A DNA stretch of 64,000 nt from NCBI GenBank assembly GCA_012719455.1, contig JAAYAJ010000019.1, positions 273 to 64,272 of the forward strand, written 5' to 3'. The number at the start of each line of letters is the position of its first letter. Position 1 is the first letter of the stretch. Below, piece by piece: positions 46,736-56,883 of this stretch. The position numbers were made by a program, and so were the translations under genes. The DNA is from Acidobacteriota bacterium (lineage in GTDB: Bacteria > Acidobacteriota > UBA6911). A model generated the notes under the pieces. The model worked only from the letters and a program-made list of their open reading frames with translations, searched no databases and had not been told where the DNA came from.

Positions 46736-47227
46736 CTACATCTTGTACTTCCCCAGATCGTCGGGATTGAGGTTTTCCAGCCATTTGCGGATATCCTCGG
46801 GAGTGCTCCGCTCGGATGATACCGCTGCGGCGCTCGTAGATTTCGCCAGCACCTCGTCGGTCACAAAAATTGGCGATCCGGTGCGCAGGGCCAGGGCGAT
46901 GGCGTCCGAGGGGCGCGAGTCGACGGAAATCACCCTCCCGCCGGCGTCGAGGAAAATCAGGGCGTAGAAGGTATTGTCCTTCAACTCCGTCACCACGATC
47001 TTGGTCACCTTGACGTCGAGGTGGCTGAGCAGCCCCTTTATCAGGTCGTGAGTCATGGGTCGCGGGGTATCGACCTTTTCGATCTCGAGGGCGATGGCAT
47101 TGGCCTCGAAAATACCTACCCATATGGGGAGCAGCGTGTCGCTCGACGCCTCCTGGAGCACGACGATGGGGGCGTTGGTCAGCGGATCCATCATCAGCCC
47201 CTTGATCTTGAATTCGATCTCCTTCAT
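46736..47227 (-). CDS. Bifunctional nuclease family protein (DUF151)
   Basis: PIVVLQE...LPIWVG..EA.AI......RPMTHDL and SRPSDAIALALR motifs. Confidence 0.8.
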   Translation of the reverse strand: MKEIEFKIKGLMMDPLTNAPIVVLQEASSDTLLPIWVGIFEANAIALEIEKVDTPRPMTHDLIKGLLSHLDVKVTKIVVTELKDNTFYALIFLDAGGRVISVDSRPSDAIALALRTGSPIFVTDEVLAKSTSAAAVSSERSTPEDIRKWLENLNPDDLGKYKM

Positions 47228-47285
47228 GTTCCCTCCAATCGGGCCGGGTGCGCCTGGCGGCGTGCGCCTCCGGCGCAGGCCGGGG

Positions 47286-48599
47286 TCAGGGGACCCGGAC
47301 CCCCTTCAGGCTGTTGGGGCCGAACCCGGTGATCTCCACCTCGGCGAAGGATCCGGGCGGGGTTTCGGGACCGTCGAAATTCACGATCCGGTTGTCCGGG
47401 GTGCGGCCGGCCAGCGCCATGCGGCTGCGGGCCTTCCCTTCGACAAGAACCTCCACGACCCGCGCCACCCAGCGGGAGTTCTTCTCGGTTTGAATCCTCC
47501 GCTGGCGCTCCTGCAACAGGCTGAGCCTCCTTCCCTTCTCTTCCTCCGGGACATCGTCCTCCAACAGGGCGGCCGCCGTGTCGGGCCGCGGGGAATATTT
47601 GAAGGAAAAGGCGCTGTCATATTGTACCTCATCGAGCAGGGTGAGGGTATCCTCAAAGTCCTGTTCGGTCTCGCCCGGGTACCCGACGATCAGGTCGGTG
47701 GAGACGGCGATGGGACGCGCGGCGGCGCGGATCTTCCGGATGATCTCCAGGTAGCTCTCGCGGGTATAGCCGCGCCTCATCGCCCTGAGGATGCGGGTGG
47801 AACCCGATTGCACCGGGAGATGGACATGGTTGCACACCACCGGGCATTCGACCATTGTCTCGAGCAGTTCGTCGGTGAAATCGCCCGGGTGGGGGGAGGT
47901 GAACCGGAGGCGCCGCACCCCGGGAACGGCGGCCGCCTCCCTCAGGAGACGGGCGAAACCCACCTGCACCTCCCGGTCCCGGTAGGAATTGACCGTCTGC
48001 CCAAGCAGCACGATCTCCACGTACCCTGCGGCCGCGAGCGCGCGTACCTCCTCGAGAATCCGCGCACTGGGGCGGGGCCGCTCCGGACCGCGCGCGAGCG
48101 GCACCACGCAGAAGGCGCAACGACGGCTGCACCCCTCGCTGATGGTGAGCCACGCGCTCCAGGAGCTGCGCCGCCGGATGTGGGGCGCCTCCTCCGGTTC
48201 GGGGACGTCGTCGCTCCTGCGGGCGATCACGGGCTTCCCCGAGCGGGAAGCGCGTTCGATCAGTTCCTCGAGCCGCGCCCCCTGCTGAGGCCCCGCCACC
48301 ACGTCGACGTGGGGCGCCCGGGCGAGAATGCGCTCCGGTTCGAGCTGAGCCATGCACCCGACGACACAGACCGAGAGCCCGGGCCGCTCCCGCTTCAGGC
48401 GCCGGAGCTCCCCGAGCCGCGCATAGACCTTCTGCACCGCCTTGTCGCGGACGCTGCACGTGTTGATCACGATCACGTCGGCCCCCTCGGCCCCGGCCGC
48501 CTCTTCCATGCCGGCGTGGTACAGACCGCCGGCGATTTTTTCCGAATCCAGTTCGTTCATCTGGCATCCGAAGGTCTCGATCAGGTATTTCCTTGTCAT
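47286..48599 (-). CDS. miaB: tRNA-2-methylthio-N6-dimethylallyladenosine synthase
   Basis: IETFGCQMN, INTCSVRDKA, radical-SAM CSRRCAFC, and a TRAM C-terminus. Confidence 0.9.
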   Translation of the reverse strand: MTRKYLIETFGCQMNELDSEKIAGGLYHAGMEEAAGAEGADVIVINTCSVRDKAVQKVYARLGELRRLKRERPGLSVCVVGCMAQLEPERILARAPHVDVVAGPQQGARLEELIERASRSGKPVIARRSDDVPEPEEAPHIRRRSSWSAWLTISEGCSRRCAFCVVPLARGPERPRPSARILEEVRALAAAGYVEIVLLGQTVNSYRDREVQVGFARLLREAAAVPGVRRLRFTSPHPGDFTDELLETMVECPVVCNHVHLPVQSGSTRILRAMRRGYTRESYLEIIRKIRAAARPIAVSTDLIVGYPGETEQDFEDTLTLLDEVQYDSAFSFKYSPRPDTAAALLEDDVPEEEKGRRLSLLQERQRRIQTEKNSRWVARVVEVLVEGKARSRMALAGRTPDNRIVNFDGPETPPGSFAEVEITGFGPNSLKGVRVP

Positions 48600-50326
48600 G
48601 GCGCTTGCGCAGGCGGCTCCTTCTTCCCCGGCCGGGAGCGTTCGAGCATCTCCAGGGCGTAATGCCTCGTCTTCTCCGTGATCGTCTCCCCACCCAGCAT
48701 CCGGGAGAGTTCCTCCACCCGTGTCCTCTCGTCGAGCGGAAGCACCGCGGTTTCGGTCCTCCCCGCGACGGTCTCCTTGCAGACGCGGTAATGGCGGTGC
48801 GCGAAAGCGGCGATGTGGGGCAGATGGGTGACGCACAGAACCTGGTTGGCGCCGGCGAGAGCGCGCAGGCGCCGTCCCACCGCTTCCGCCACCCGTCCCC
48901 CAATCCCCGCGTCCACCTCGTCGAACACCAGCGTCCGCCCCGGGCGTCCGCCGCCGCACAGCGACTGGACCGCGAGCATGATGCGGGACAGCTCTCCGCC
49001 CGAGGCGATCTTCGCGAGCGGCCGCATCTCCTCCCCCTCGTTGGGCGCTATCCAGAACTCTACCCGGTCCATGCCCCGCGGTCCATACCCGGCCGGGATC
49101 CTGCCGCGCTCTTCCCCCGCGGCGGCCGGGTGGAAGCGCACCTGGAGAGTCATGCGCTCCATCGCCAGCGCCGCGAATTCCGCCCGGATCTTCTGCTCGA
49201 GCCGGGCGGCGTCGCGCCGGCGCTTGTCCGAAAGCGCCTGGGCGTGCGCGCCGTAGGCGCCGAGCGCCGCGTCTAGTTCCCGCCGCAGCCGGCCCGCGGA
49301 ACCGGAGGCCGATTCGAGCGATTCCAGTTCCTCCTCGTACCGGTGTGCCGAATCCACGATCTGCTCGCAAGAAGCGCCGTATTTCTTGGCGAGGGCCTCG
49401 AGCGCCTGCAGCCGACGGTGGACCGCCTCCAGTCGTTCGGCGCTGAAATCGCTGCGCGTGCCGTAATCCCTGGCCGCGTAGGCCAGGTCTTCCAGCCGGT
49501 AGCGGATCCCCTCAAGCGGAGCTCGGTGCGCGGCCCAGGCGGGGTCGAGCCCCCCCAGTTCGTCCAGGAGCCGTTCGAGATGGGCCCACCCCGCCAGGAT
49601 CGGGGATTCCCCCTCGTACAGCAGCGAGTAGATCCTCGCCGCCCGCTCGAGGATCCGCTCACGATTGGAGAGGAGGTCGCGTTCGTTTTGCAGTTCCTCC
49701 CGTTCGCCGGGCCGGGGGTCGATACGGCGGATCTCCCCGATCTGAAAGCGGAGGATGTCGATGCGCCGCACCCGTTCCTCCTCCCCCGCCTCCACCCCGT
49801 CCAGGGCCCGGGCCGCATCCCGGAGAGCGCGGTAGAGCACGCCCGCCTGCCGGCGCGCTTCGACGTTCCCCCCGAAATCATCGAGCCACGCAAGGTGGGT
49901 TCCCAGGTCCAGGAGCGAACGCTGCTCCTGCTGCCCGCAGATGTCAGCCAGCGCGCCCCCCATCGTTTTCAGGAACCCGAGGGTGGCCAGGCCGTTGTTG
50001 ACGTGGATCCGGTTACGCCCCGTCGCCGAGATTTCCCGGCGGATCAGGACACTCTCATCCCCGGGTGTGTCAAACCCGGCCTCCCGCAGCAGCGAGAGGG
50101 GGCGCGGCCGGCCCCGGAGGTCGAATTCCCCCTCGACCACGGCGCTGGCGCACCCGCTCCGGACATAGTCGAGGGAGGAGCGGGAGCCGAGGAGCAATCC
50201 CAGTGCATCCACCAGGATCGATTTGCCCGACCCGGTCTCCCCCGTCAGCAGGTTGAGCCCGGCCCCGAACTCGATCTCGAGCTCCCGGATCAGCGCAAAA
50301 TTGCGGATTCTGAGCAGTCGCAGCAT
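48596..50326 (-). CDS. recN: DNA repair protein RecN
   Basis: LRIRNFALI..LEIEF..GLNLLTGETGSGKSI N-terminus and C-terminal LVFDEVDAGIGG. The stop overlaps the miaB start. Confidence 0.9.
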   Translation of the reverse strand: MLRLLRIRNFALIRELEIEFGAGLNLLTGETGSGKSILVDALGLLLGSRSSLDYVRSGCASAVVEGEFDLRGRPRPLSLLREAGFDTPGDESVLIRREISATGRNRIHVNNGLATLGFLKTMGGALADICGQQEQRSLLDLGTHLAWLDDFGGNVEARRQAGVLYRALRDAARALDGVEAGEEERVRRIDILRFQIGEIRRIDPRPGEREELQNERDLLSNRERILERAARIYSLLYEGESPILAGWAHLERLLDELGGLDPAWAAHRAPLEGIRYRLEDLAYAARDYGTRSDFSAERLEAVHRRLQALEALAKKYGASCEQIVDSAHRYEEELESLESASGSAGRLRRELDAALGAYGAHAQALSDKRRRDAARLEQKIRAEFAALAMERMTLQVRFHPAAAGEERGRIPAGYGPRGMDRVEFWIAPNEGEEMRPLAKIASGGELSRIMLAVQSLCGGGRPGRTLVFDEVDAGIGGRVAEAVGRRLRALAGANQVLCVTHLPHIAAFAHRHYRVCKETVAGRTETAVLPLDERTRVEELSRMLGGETITEKTRHYALEMLERSRPGKKEPPAQAP

Positions 50327-50500
50327 CGTACGGACCTTCCGAAAGAGGCTGGGGTCGTCCGGACGCCGACGGCGTCGGTCAGCCACGGCCCATTGTATTA
50401 AACGGCCCGGCGACAATCAAAACAACCTTTTTTCCGCAGGGGCGCCGCCGGCCCGGGCCCGGGGCCAAAGACATTGACTTGCTCGGCGGCCGTATGATAC

Positions 50501-51283
50501 TTGTGCGATCGGCAATCACACTTTCACGGAGGGATCGCCATCGACATCGCCACCGTCTTGCTGCTACAGGCCGCGCCGCCCGAAATCGTGACTACCGAAC
50601 CCGTTCCCGGTTCCATCTGGAGCGTTTTCGCCCATGCCAGCGGGTTCGCCATCGTGATCCTCCTGATCCTCGTGGCCTTTTCGCTCCTGTCCTGGACCAT
50701 CATCCTCCGCAAATGGCTGACTTTCCGGCAGATCGACCGACAGAACCACGCGTTCGTCTCCTTCTTCCGCAAGAGCGAGCGCCTGAGCGAGGTCCACGCC
50801 GCCTGCGAGCACTATCGCGGCTCCCCCCTGCCCGGGATCTTCAGTGCGGGGTACCAGGAACTCAATGCCCAGATTCAGACCCTGAAGGCGCCGCAGGCGG
50901 AATCGATCTCCCTCGGCGACCGCCCGATCGCGGGGATCCAGCGCGCGCTCGAGCGCGCCGCGGCTGCGGAACTGTCGGTGCTGGAACGGAGCATGAGCTG
51001 GCTGGCCACCACCGGCGCGGTGACCCCCTTTATCGGCCTGCTCGGCACGGTGATCGGCATCATCAATGCCTTCAACGGCTTGGGGATGGTCAAGACGGCG
51101 TCGATCCAGGCCGTGGCCCCGGGCATCGCCGAGGCTCTCATCGCCACCGCGGCCGGGTTGTTCGCGGCGATCCCGGCCGTCATCGCCTACAACCATTTCC
51201 TGGCCCGGCTGAAGAAGGCGGCCGCCGAAATGGACGATTTTTCCATGGAGTTCCTCAACCTGGTCGAACGGAGCTTCTGTTAA
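50501..51283 (+). CDS. tolQ: Tol-Pal system protein TolQ (MotA/TolQ/ExbB channel)
   Basis: LATTGAVTPFIGLLGTVIGII.AF and APGIAEALIATAAGLFAAIPAVIAYN. The start codon is uncertain. Confidence 0.85.
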   Translation: MCDRQSHFHGGIAIDIATVLLLQAAPPEIVTTEPVPGSIWSVFAHASGFAIVILLILVAFSLLSWTIILRKWLTFRQIDRQNHAFVSFFRKSERLSEVHAACEHYRGSPLPGIFSAGYQELNAQIQTLKAPQAESISLGDRPIAGIQRALERAAAAELSVLERSMSWLATTGAVTPFIGLLGTVIGIINAFNGLGMVKTASIQAVAPGIAEALIATAAGLFAAIPAVIAYNHFLARLKKAAAEMDDFSMEFLNLVERSFC

Positions 51284-51703
<420 letters not shown>

Positions 51704-51719
51704 GCCCGCGGAGACGCTT

Positions 51720-52517
51720 TTGGCCCCGATCATGAATCCATCGCGACACGCCGTCACCCTGCTGGACATCCCCCTGGTCCGGGAAACCTACGGCTGGTCG
51801 TGCCTCGCCTCCGTCGCGCTTCACGTCGCAGCCGTCCTCGTGGCCCTCTTCGGCGCGAGCTGGCTCCCCAAGGGGACGATCCAGCTCGGGAGCGGGCCCG
51901 GCGGAGGGATAGGGGGCGATATTCCCACAGTCGGCGTCGTGGAGACCCTTTCGGGAGGGGCCGGGATGGTCAAACCCTCCCTGGTGCCCCGGCCTCCTTC
52001 GCTGCCGAAGGAAGTCTCCACCAGGACCGAAAAGGCGATCCCCCTGCCCGGGACTACGGAGGCCCCGAAGCGCAAGCCGGAGGTGGCCACCCCGGCCCCC
52101 GCACCGGAGAAAATGGGGAATATCATCCCCACCGCCCCCGAGCCGGGCTCGGGCGGCATTGCGGGCGCCGGCGGGGGGAGTGGTGGGGGGAGCGGCGGGG
52201 GTACCGGCGTGTCCATCGGCACCGGCTCGGGGGGCTTCGGCGATTCCTACTACGCGCTCGGGGTGGAAAAACGGATCAGCGACCGCTGGATCCGCCCCCC
52301 GGAGGGGCTGCGGGTCCAGATCGTGTGCAGTTTTTTCATCGCCGCCAACGGCACGATCTACAACGTCAAACTGGACAAGTCATCGGGAAACCAGCAGATG
52401 GACCTGATGGCGCTGCGCGCCATCAACGCCGCCAACCCGCTGTCGCCCCCCCCGCCCGAATACCGGGGGAAGGCCATCCAGTTCATCGCCCAGTTCATCT
52501 ATCCACCTGTTCCATAG
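51720..52517 (+). CDS. TolA/TonB-family energy transducer
   Basis: N-terminal TM helix, a Pro-rich then Gly-rich (GGGSGGGSGGGTG) linker, and a C-terminal TonB_C-like domain. Position is between tolR and tolB. The start is 51720 (TTG) or ATG 51732. Confidence 0.7.
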   Translation: MAPIMNPSRHAVTLLDIPLVRETYGWSCLASVALHVAAVLVALFGASWLPKGTIQLGSGPGGGIGGDIPTVGVVETLSGGAGMVKPSLVPRPPSLPKEVSTRTEKAIPLPGTTEAPKRKPEVATPAPAPEKMGNIIPTAPEPGSGGIAGAGGGSGGGSGGGTGVSIGTGSGGFGDSYYALGVEKRISDRWIRPPEGLRVQIVCSFFIAANGTIYNVKLDKSSGNQQMDLMALRAINAANPLSPPPPEYRGKAIQFIAQFIYPPVP

Positions 52518-52539
52518 CAGATTCCGACAAAGGAGCGTC

Positions 52540-53868
52540 ATGCCGGCCAAAATCGCCTGTTTTCTTCTGCTGGTCTTCTTCAGCGCCCAGCCTTCCCTGC
52601 TCACGCAGGAATCCTCGCGGGTCACGCTGTTTCCGAAGCCCGCCGAGGATCTCATCCTCGCCGTCGCCGACGTGCAGCCCGCCCCGGGAAACGCCGGGGG
52701 GGAACTCGCGTCCGCGCTCGAAACATTCAACCGCGTCCTCTACGACGACCTCTCCTTCGCCGGTTTCTTCACCATCGCGGGGCGGGGGTTCTACCCTCCC
52801 AAGCCGATCGTGCGCCCCGAAACCGACATCGATTACGAGGCCTGGGACTCCATCCCCTTCAAGGTCAGCTTCGTGACCGTTGGGAGTGCGAGCCTCTCCC
52901 GCAACGTCCTGCGGGTGGAGACGAGCGTCTACGACATGAAGCAGCGCAAGCGCGCGTTCGGCAAAGCCTACACGGGTGACCCGGGACAGGTCCGGACCAT
53001 GGCCCATTACTGGGCGGACGAAATCGTGTACCAGCTCACCGCGGGGACGTCGCGCGGCATCGCCTCCACCCGGATCGCCTACGTATCCCGCAAGGGGGAT
53101 GCCAAGGAGATCCACACCATGGATTACGACGGCCAGAATTCCCGCGCCTTCACGCACGGCGGGGGCCTAAACCTCTTCCCCACCTGGGCGCCCGACAACT
53201 CCAAGCTGGCCTTCGTCAGCTACCGTCCCAATCCGGAAATCACCATCTATTCCTACCTCGACGGCTCCCGCCTCCCCTTCCCCATGTTCAACACTTTCGC
53301 CTCCTCCCCGGCGATTTCTCCCGACGGCAGCGAAGTGATTTTCGCGCTGCGCACCCCGCGGGGCGACCCCGACCTCTTCATCTCCCGGCTGGACGGTTCG
53401 AACCGGCGTAACATCACCAACAACCCCGCGATCGACAGTTCCCCCACCTGGTCCCCCTCCGGGCGCCAGATCGCCTACATTTCGGGAATGCCGGGCCAGA
53501 TTCACATCTGCGACGCGGACGGGTCCAACGTGCGCCGGGTCGTCAAGGAAGGGGGGGACGCCGACAACGTGGCCTGGTCCCCTGACGGAAGGTGGCTCGC
53601 CTTTCAATGGAAACCGCGGCTCAGCCCGCGCTACGAGATCTTCATCGCGGATGCCGCCAGCGGCGCCGTCCGCCAGCTGACCAGCGGCGCCGGCAGCAAC
53701 GAATCCCCCACCTGGGCCCCCGATGGACGTCACCTGGCGTTCCAATCCAACAGGTCCGGGAGCTGGCAGATCTACACCATGCTGCTCGAAGGAACGGAGC
53801 CCAGGCAAATCACCCACTCCGGGAACAACACCAGCCCCTCCTGGAGCGGCTATTTCCTTAGAGATTAG
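52540..53868 (+). CDS. tolB: Tol-Pal system beta-propeller protein TolB
   Basis: Signal peptide, a TolB N-domain, and repeated P.WSPDG propeller motifs. Confidence 0.9.
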   Translation: MPAKIACFLLLVFFSAQPSLLTQESSRVTLFPKPAEDLILAVADVQPAPGNAGGELASALETFNRVLYDDLSFAGFFTIAGRGFYPPKPIVRPETDIDYEAWDSIPFKVSFVTVGSASLSRNVLRVETSVYDMKQRKRAFGKAYTGDPGQVRTMAHYWADEIVYQLTAGTSRGIASTRIAYVSRKGDAKEIHTMDYDGQNSRAFTHGGGLNLFPTWAPDNSKLAFVSYRPNPEITIYSYLDGSRLPFPMFNTFASSPAISPDGSEVIFALRTPRGDPDLFISRLDGSNRRNITNNPAIDSSPTWSPSGRQIAYISGMPGQIHICDADGSNVRRVVKEGGDADNVAWSPDGRWLAFQWKPRLSPRYEIFIADAASGAVRQLTSGAGSNESPTWAPDGRHLAFQSNRSGSWQIYTMLLEGTEPRQITHSGNNTSPSWSGYFLRD

Positions 53869-53956
53869 TGTCGTCCCGGCCTGTTTCCCGCCGCCGGCGC
53901 ACGTGCTATACTCAGAGTCATCTAACCTGAACGCATTGACAAGGAGACATCGCCCC

Positions 53957-54724
53957 ATGAAGAGATCACCGGTTCTGCTCGCCTCGACGGCACTGCTGCT
54001 GGCCGTCATGCTGTCAGCCTCCGGCTGCGCCAAGAAAGTGTCGCCGGACCCCGCGGCCGTAGACCGGGCGGATGGCGCACGGGAAGCGTCCACTGCGCCG
54101 GCCCCGGCCCCGACCATCACGCTGACGGCTTCCCCGTCGGCGATCGAAAAGGGACAGTCCACGACCCTTTCCTGGCAATCGACGAACGCCACCGGCGTGA
54201 ACATCACGGGCGGAATCGGGACCGTCGAAGCCTCAGGGAGCCGGACTATCAGCCCGGGCGCATCCACGACCTACACGGCGCGGGCCACCGGGCGCGGGGG
54301 TGACGCCGTAGCCGAAGCGCGCGTCACCGTCTCCGCGCCGGTCGCCGTCACCCCGCCGCCGTCGGCGGCCGTGAGTGACGCCGCGTTTTTCGAGGCCGCC
54401 ATCAAGGACGTTTTCTTCGGCCTTGACGAGTACTCCATCAACGAGGACGCCCGGCGCGCCCTCATCGCCAATGCCCGCGCCCTGGCCGAGCGTCCCGGAA
54501 TCCGGGTGACGATCGAGGGGCACTGCGACGAGCGCGGTTCGGAAAAATACAACCTGGCGCTGGGCGACCGTCGCGCCAATTCCGCCAGGGATTTCCTGAT
54601 TTCCCAGGGGATCGACTCGGCGCGCATCGACACCATATCCTACGGCGAGGAACGCCCGTTCTGCGAGGAACAGAACGAGGAGTGCTGGCAGCTCAATCGC
54701 CGCGCGCACTTTGTCATGCGTTAG
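53957..54724 (+). CDS. pal: Peptidoglycan-associated lipoprotein Pal with an extra N-terminal Ig-like module
   Basis: Lipobox LSASGC. C-terminal OmpA-like region: IEGHCDERGSEKYNLALGDRRANSARDFL. AAGGAG lies before ATG 53957. Confidence 0.88.
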   Translation: MKRSPVLLASTALLLAVMLSASGCAKKVSPDPAAVDRADGAREASTAPAPAPTITLTASPSAIEKGQSTTLSWQSTNATGVNITGGIGTVEASGSRTISPGASTTYTARATGRGGDAVAEARVTVSAPVAVTPPPSAAVSDAAFFEAAIKDVFFGLDEYSINEDARRALIANARALAERPGIRVTIEGHCDERGSEKYNLALGDRRANSARDFLISQGIDSARIDTISYGEERPFCEEQNEECWQLNRRAHFVMR

Positions 54725-54732
54725 ACCCTGCG

Positions 54733-54754
54733 GGGGGAGGCAGCCGCCTCCCCC
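54733..54754 (+). terminator. Hairpin between pal and ybgF (possible attenuator)
   Basis: GGGGGAGGC-agcc-GCCTCCCCC. There is no clear T-run. Confidence 0.3.
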
Positions 54755-54790
54755 TTCATCCCTTCACCGCCTGACGCTTGGAGAAACCCG

Positions 54791-55615
54791 ATGAAGCGAA
54801 ACATTCCATTCTGTCTCCTGGCGGCGTTGCTTGCCGTCTGCCCGCTCGCCGAAGCCGGCACCAAGGAGGAACTGGTGCGGCTGCAAAGCGACGTCCTGGC
54901 CCTGCAGAACCAGATCCGCGAGTTCGACAAGGGATACGCGGAAAAACTGGACAGCCTCCGGAGCCTGGTGATCCAGCTGAACGACCAGGTGGCCCGATCC
55001 GGCCAGATTCTCGACAGGATTTCCACGGCCATGGAGAACAGCGAGAGCGGTAAGCGCACGGCCGACCAGAGCCTGCTCGAGGAGGTGCGCCGGTTGTCGG
55101 CCAAGGTCGACGAGGCCTCCACCCGCATCAGCGCCATGGCACTGCAGCTTGGGGAGCTGAAGGTGCAGTCGGCTTCGCTCGAGACGGCTGTTCCCTCGGG
55201 GCTCTCCCCGGAGGTCCTCTACAACCAGGCCTACGGCGATTTCGTGCAGGGGAATTTCGACCTGGCGATCGAAGGGTTCACCGCCTACGTTTCCACCTAC
55301 CCTGCCGGCGACCGGGTCCCCGACGCCCTCCTCAATATCGGCGACGCCTACGCCGCCAGCAACCGCCTGCCGCAGGCCGTGGGGGCGTTCACGCGCGTCA
55401 TCAACGATCACGCCGACTCGGACAAGGTCCCGAGCGCCCTTTACAAGCGGGCCCGGGTGGAACTGGCCATGCAGGAAAAGGAAAATGCCGTTGCGGACCT
55501 GCGCAACATCGTCGAAAAGTTCCCGCAGTCTCCCGAAGCCGTCCTGGCCCGGGGGGAACTGAACCGGATCACCGGCTCCAAGCCCGCGGCGCCCGCGCGC
55601 CGCAAGACCCGCTGA
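54791..55615 (+). CDS. ybgF: Tol-Pal system protein YbgF/CpoB
   Basis: Signal peptide, an N-terminal coiled coil, and C-terminal TPR (YNQAYGDFVQGNFDLAIEGF). It is the last gene of the tol-pal cluster. Confidence 0.82.
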   Translation: MKRNIPFCLLAALLAVCPLAEAGTKEELVRLQSDVLALQNQIREFDKGYAEKLDSLRSLVIQLNDQVARSGQILDRISTAMENSESGKRTADQSLLEEVRRLSAKVDEASTRISAMALQLGELKVQSASLETAVPSGLSPEVLYNQAYGDFVQGNFDLAIEGFTAYVSTYPAGDRVPDALLNIGDAYAASNRLPQAVGAFTRVINDHADSDKVPSALYKRARVELAMQEKENAVADLRNIVEKFPQSPEAVLARGELNRITGSKPAAPARRKTR

Positions 55616-55662
55616 GCGGGCGACTTCCAATCACATGATCAACGACTAGAGGATCAAACACA

Positions 55663-56100
55663 ATGAGTTCACTCAACAAGGTCATGCTCATCGGACACCT
55701 GGGGAGGGACCCCGAGGTCCGCTACACCCCCGATGGAACCCCGGTCGCCAACTTCAGCCTGGCGACCAGCGAAAACTGGACCGACAAGAACGGCACCCGG
55801 CAGGAACGCACGGAGTGGCACACGGTTGTGGTCTGGCGAAAACTGGCCGAGATCTGCAAGCGCTACCTCACCAAAGGGCGGCAGGTCTATATAGAGGGAC
55901 GCATCCAGAGCCGGGAATGGACCGACAAGGAAGGCATCAAGCGCCGCACGACCGAGATCATCGCTTCGCAGATGGTCATGCTGGGGAGCCGCCAGCAGGC
56001 CTCGGCGTCCGGGCCTTCCGAGGACAATTACGCGGGAGGGATGGACCAGGACCAGCCCTTCGGCGATGCAGGCATCACCGACAGCGATATTCCGTTCTAG
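55663..56100 (+). CDS. ssb: Single-stranded DNA-binding protein
   Basis: [30 protein letters not shown], and a C-terminal DIPF tail. Confidence 0.95.
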   Translation: MSSLNKVMLIGHLGRDPEVRYTPDGTPVANFSLATSENWTDKNGTRQERTEWHTVVVWRKLAEICKRYLTKGRQVYIEGRIQSREWTDKEGIKRRTTEIIASQMVMLGSRQQASASGPSEDNYAGGMDQDQPFGDAGITDSDIPF

Positions 56101-56106
56101 CTTCTC

Positions 56107-56826
56107 CTAGAAACGGTACTTGGCCTGCTTGATCTCGCGGCGGAAATCGTCCCCGCCGATTTCGACCAGGCGACACATCTCGTAGAGGCGGGAGCGCAGC
56201 CGCGCCCCGATGCGGTCGGTGAGGGTCTCCTCCCCCGCCCTTTTCGGGACGTCGAGATAGTTGGAGGTGAACACGGTGAGCTTTTTGTCGTTGTACCGGC
56301 AGTTGATGATGTAGGCGATGGTGTCGCGCACCCATTCGGTCGGCTTGTTGGCGCCAAGTTCGTCCAGCACAAGCACGCGGGCCTCCAGCACCGGGCGCAG
56401 GACCTCGAGTTCCGAGGTCTGCGAGACCGGGTTCCAGCTTCCCTGGATTTCGCGCAGCAGGTCGCGGAAATCGTAGAAAAGGCCCTTGTCTCCCTTGTCA
56501 TGGATCACGTGCTTCAGCAGCGAAACCGCCAAGTGGGTCTTCCCGACGCCGCAGGTTCCCACGAGCAGCAGGCCGACATCGATCCGGGGATATTTTTCCA
56601 GGAAGCGTTCGATGAACAGCTTCGCTTTCTTCTGGGATTCGTTGATCGGCTTGTAGGAATCTAGATCGCAGTGCTCGTAACGTCCGGGGATGCGCGCGGC
56701 TTCGATCAACCGCTCGAGGCGCACGGAATCGAGACAGCGGCAGCGCCGCACTCCTGACCCGGCCGGCTCCCAGCCCGAGCCACCGCAGTTTGGACATCGA
56801 TCTCCGCGGGGATTGTCTGCACTCAT
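56107..56826 (-). CDS. DnaC/IstB-like AAA+ ATPase with an N-terminal zinc ribbon (helicase-loader-like)
   Basis: CPNCGGSGW...CRC, Walker A GTCGVGKTHLA, Walker B LVLDELG, and FTSN. Confidence 0.65.
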   Translation of the reverse strand: MSADNPRGDRCPNCGGSGWEPAGSGVRRCRCLDSVRLERLIEAARIPGRYEHCDLDSYKPINESQKKAKLFIERFLEKYPRIDVGLLLVGTCGVGKTHLAVSLLKHVIHDKGDKGLFYDFRDLLREIQGSWNPVSQTSELEVLRPVLEARVLVLDELGANKPTEWVRDTIAYIINCRYNDKKLTVFTSNYLDVPKRAGEETLTDRIGARLRSRLYEMCRLVEIGGDDFRREIKQAKYRF

Positions 56827-56883
56827 GGCGCGACCAGAGTACCACAGTTCGAGGCCGGCAGGAATCCCTTCGATTGCAGGGAC

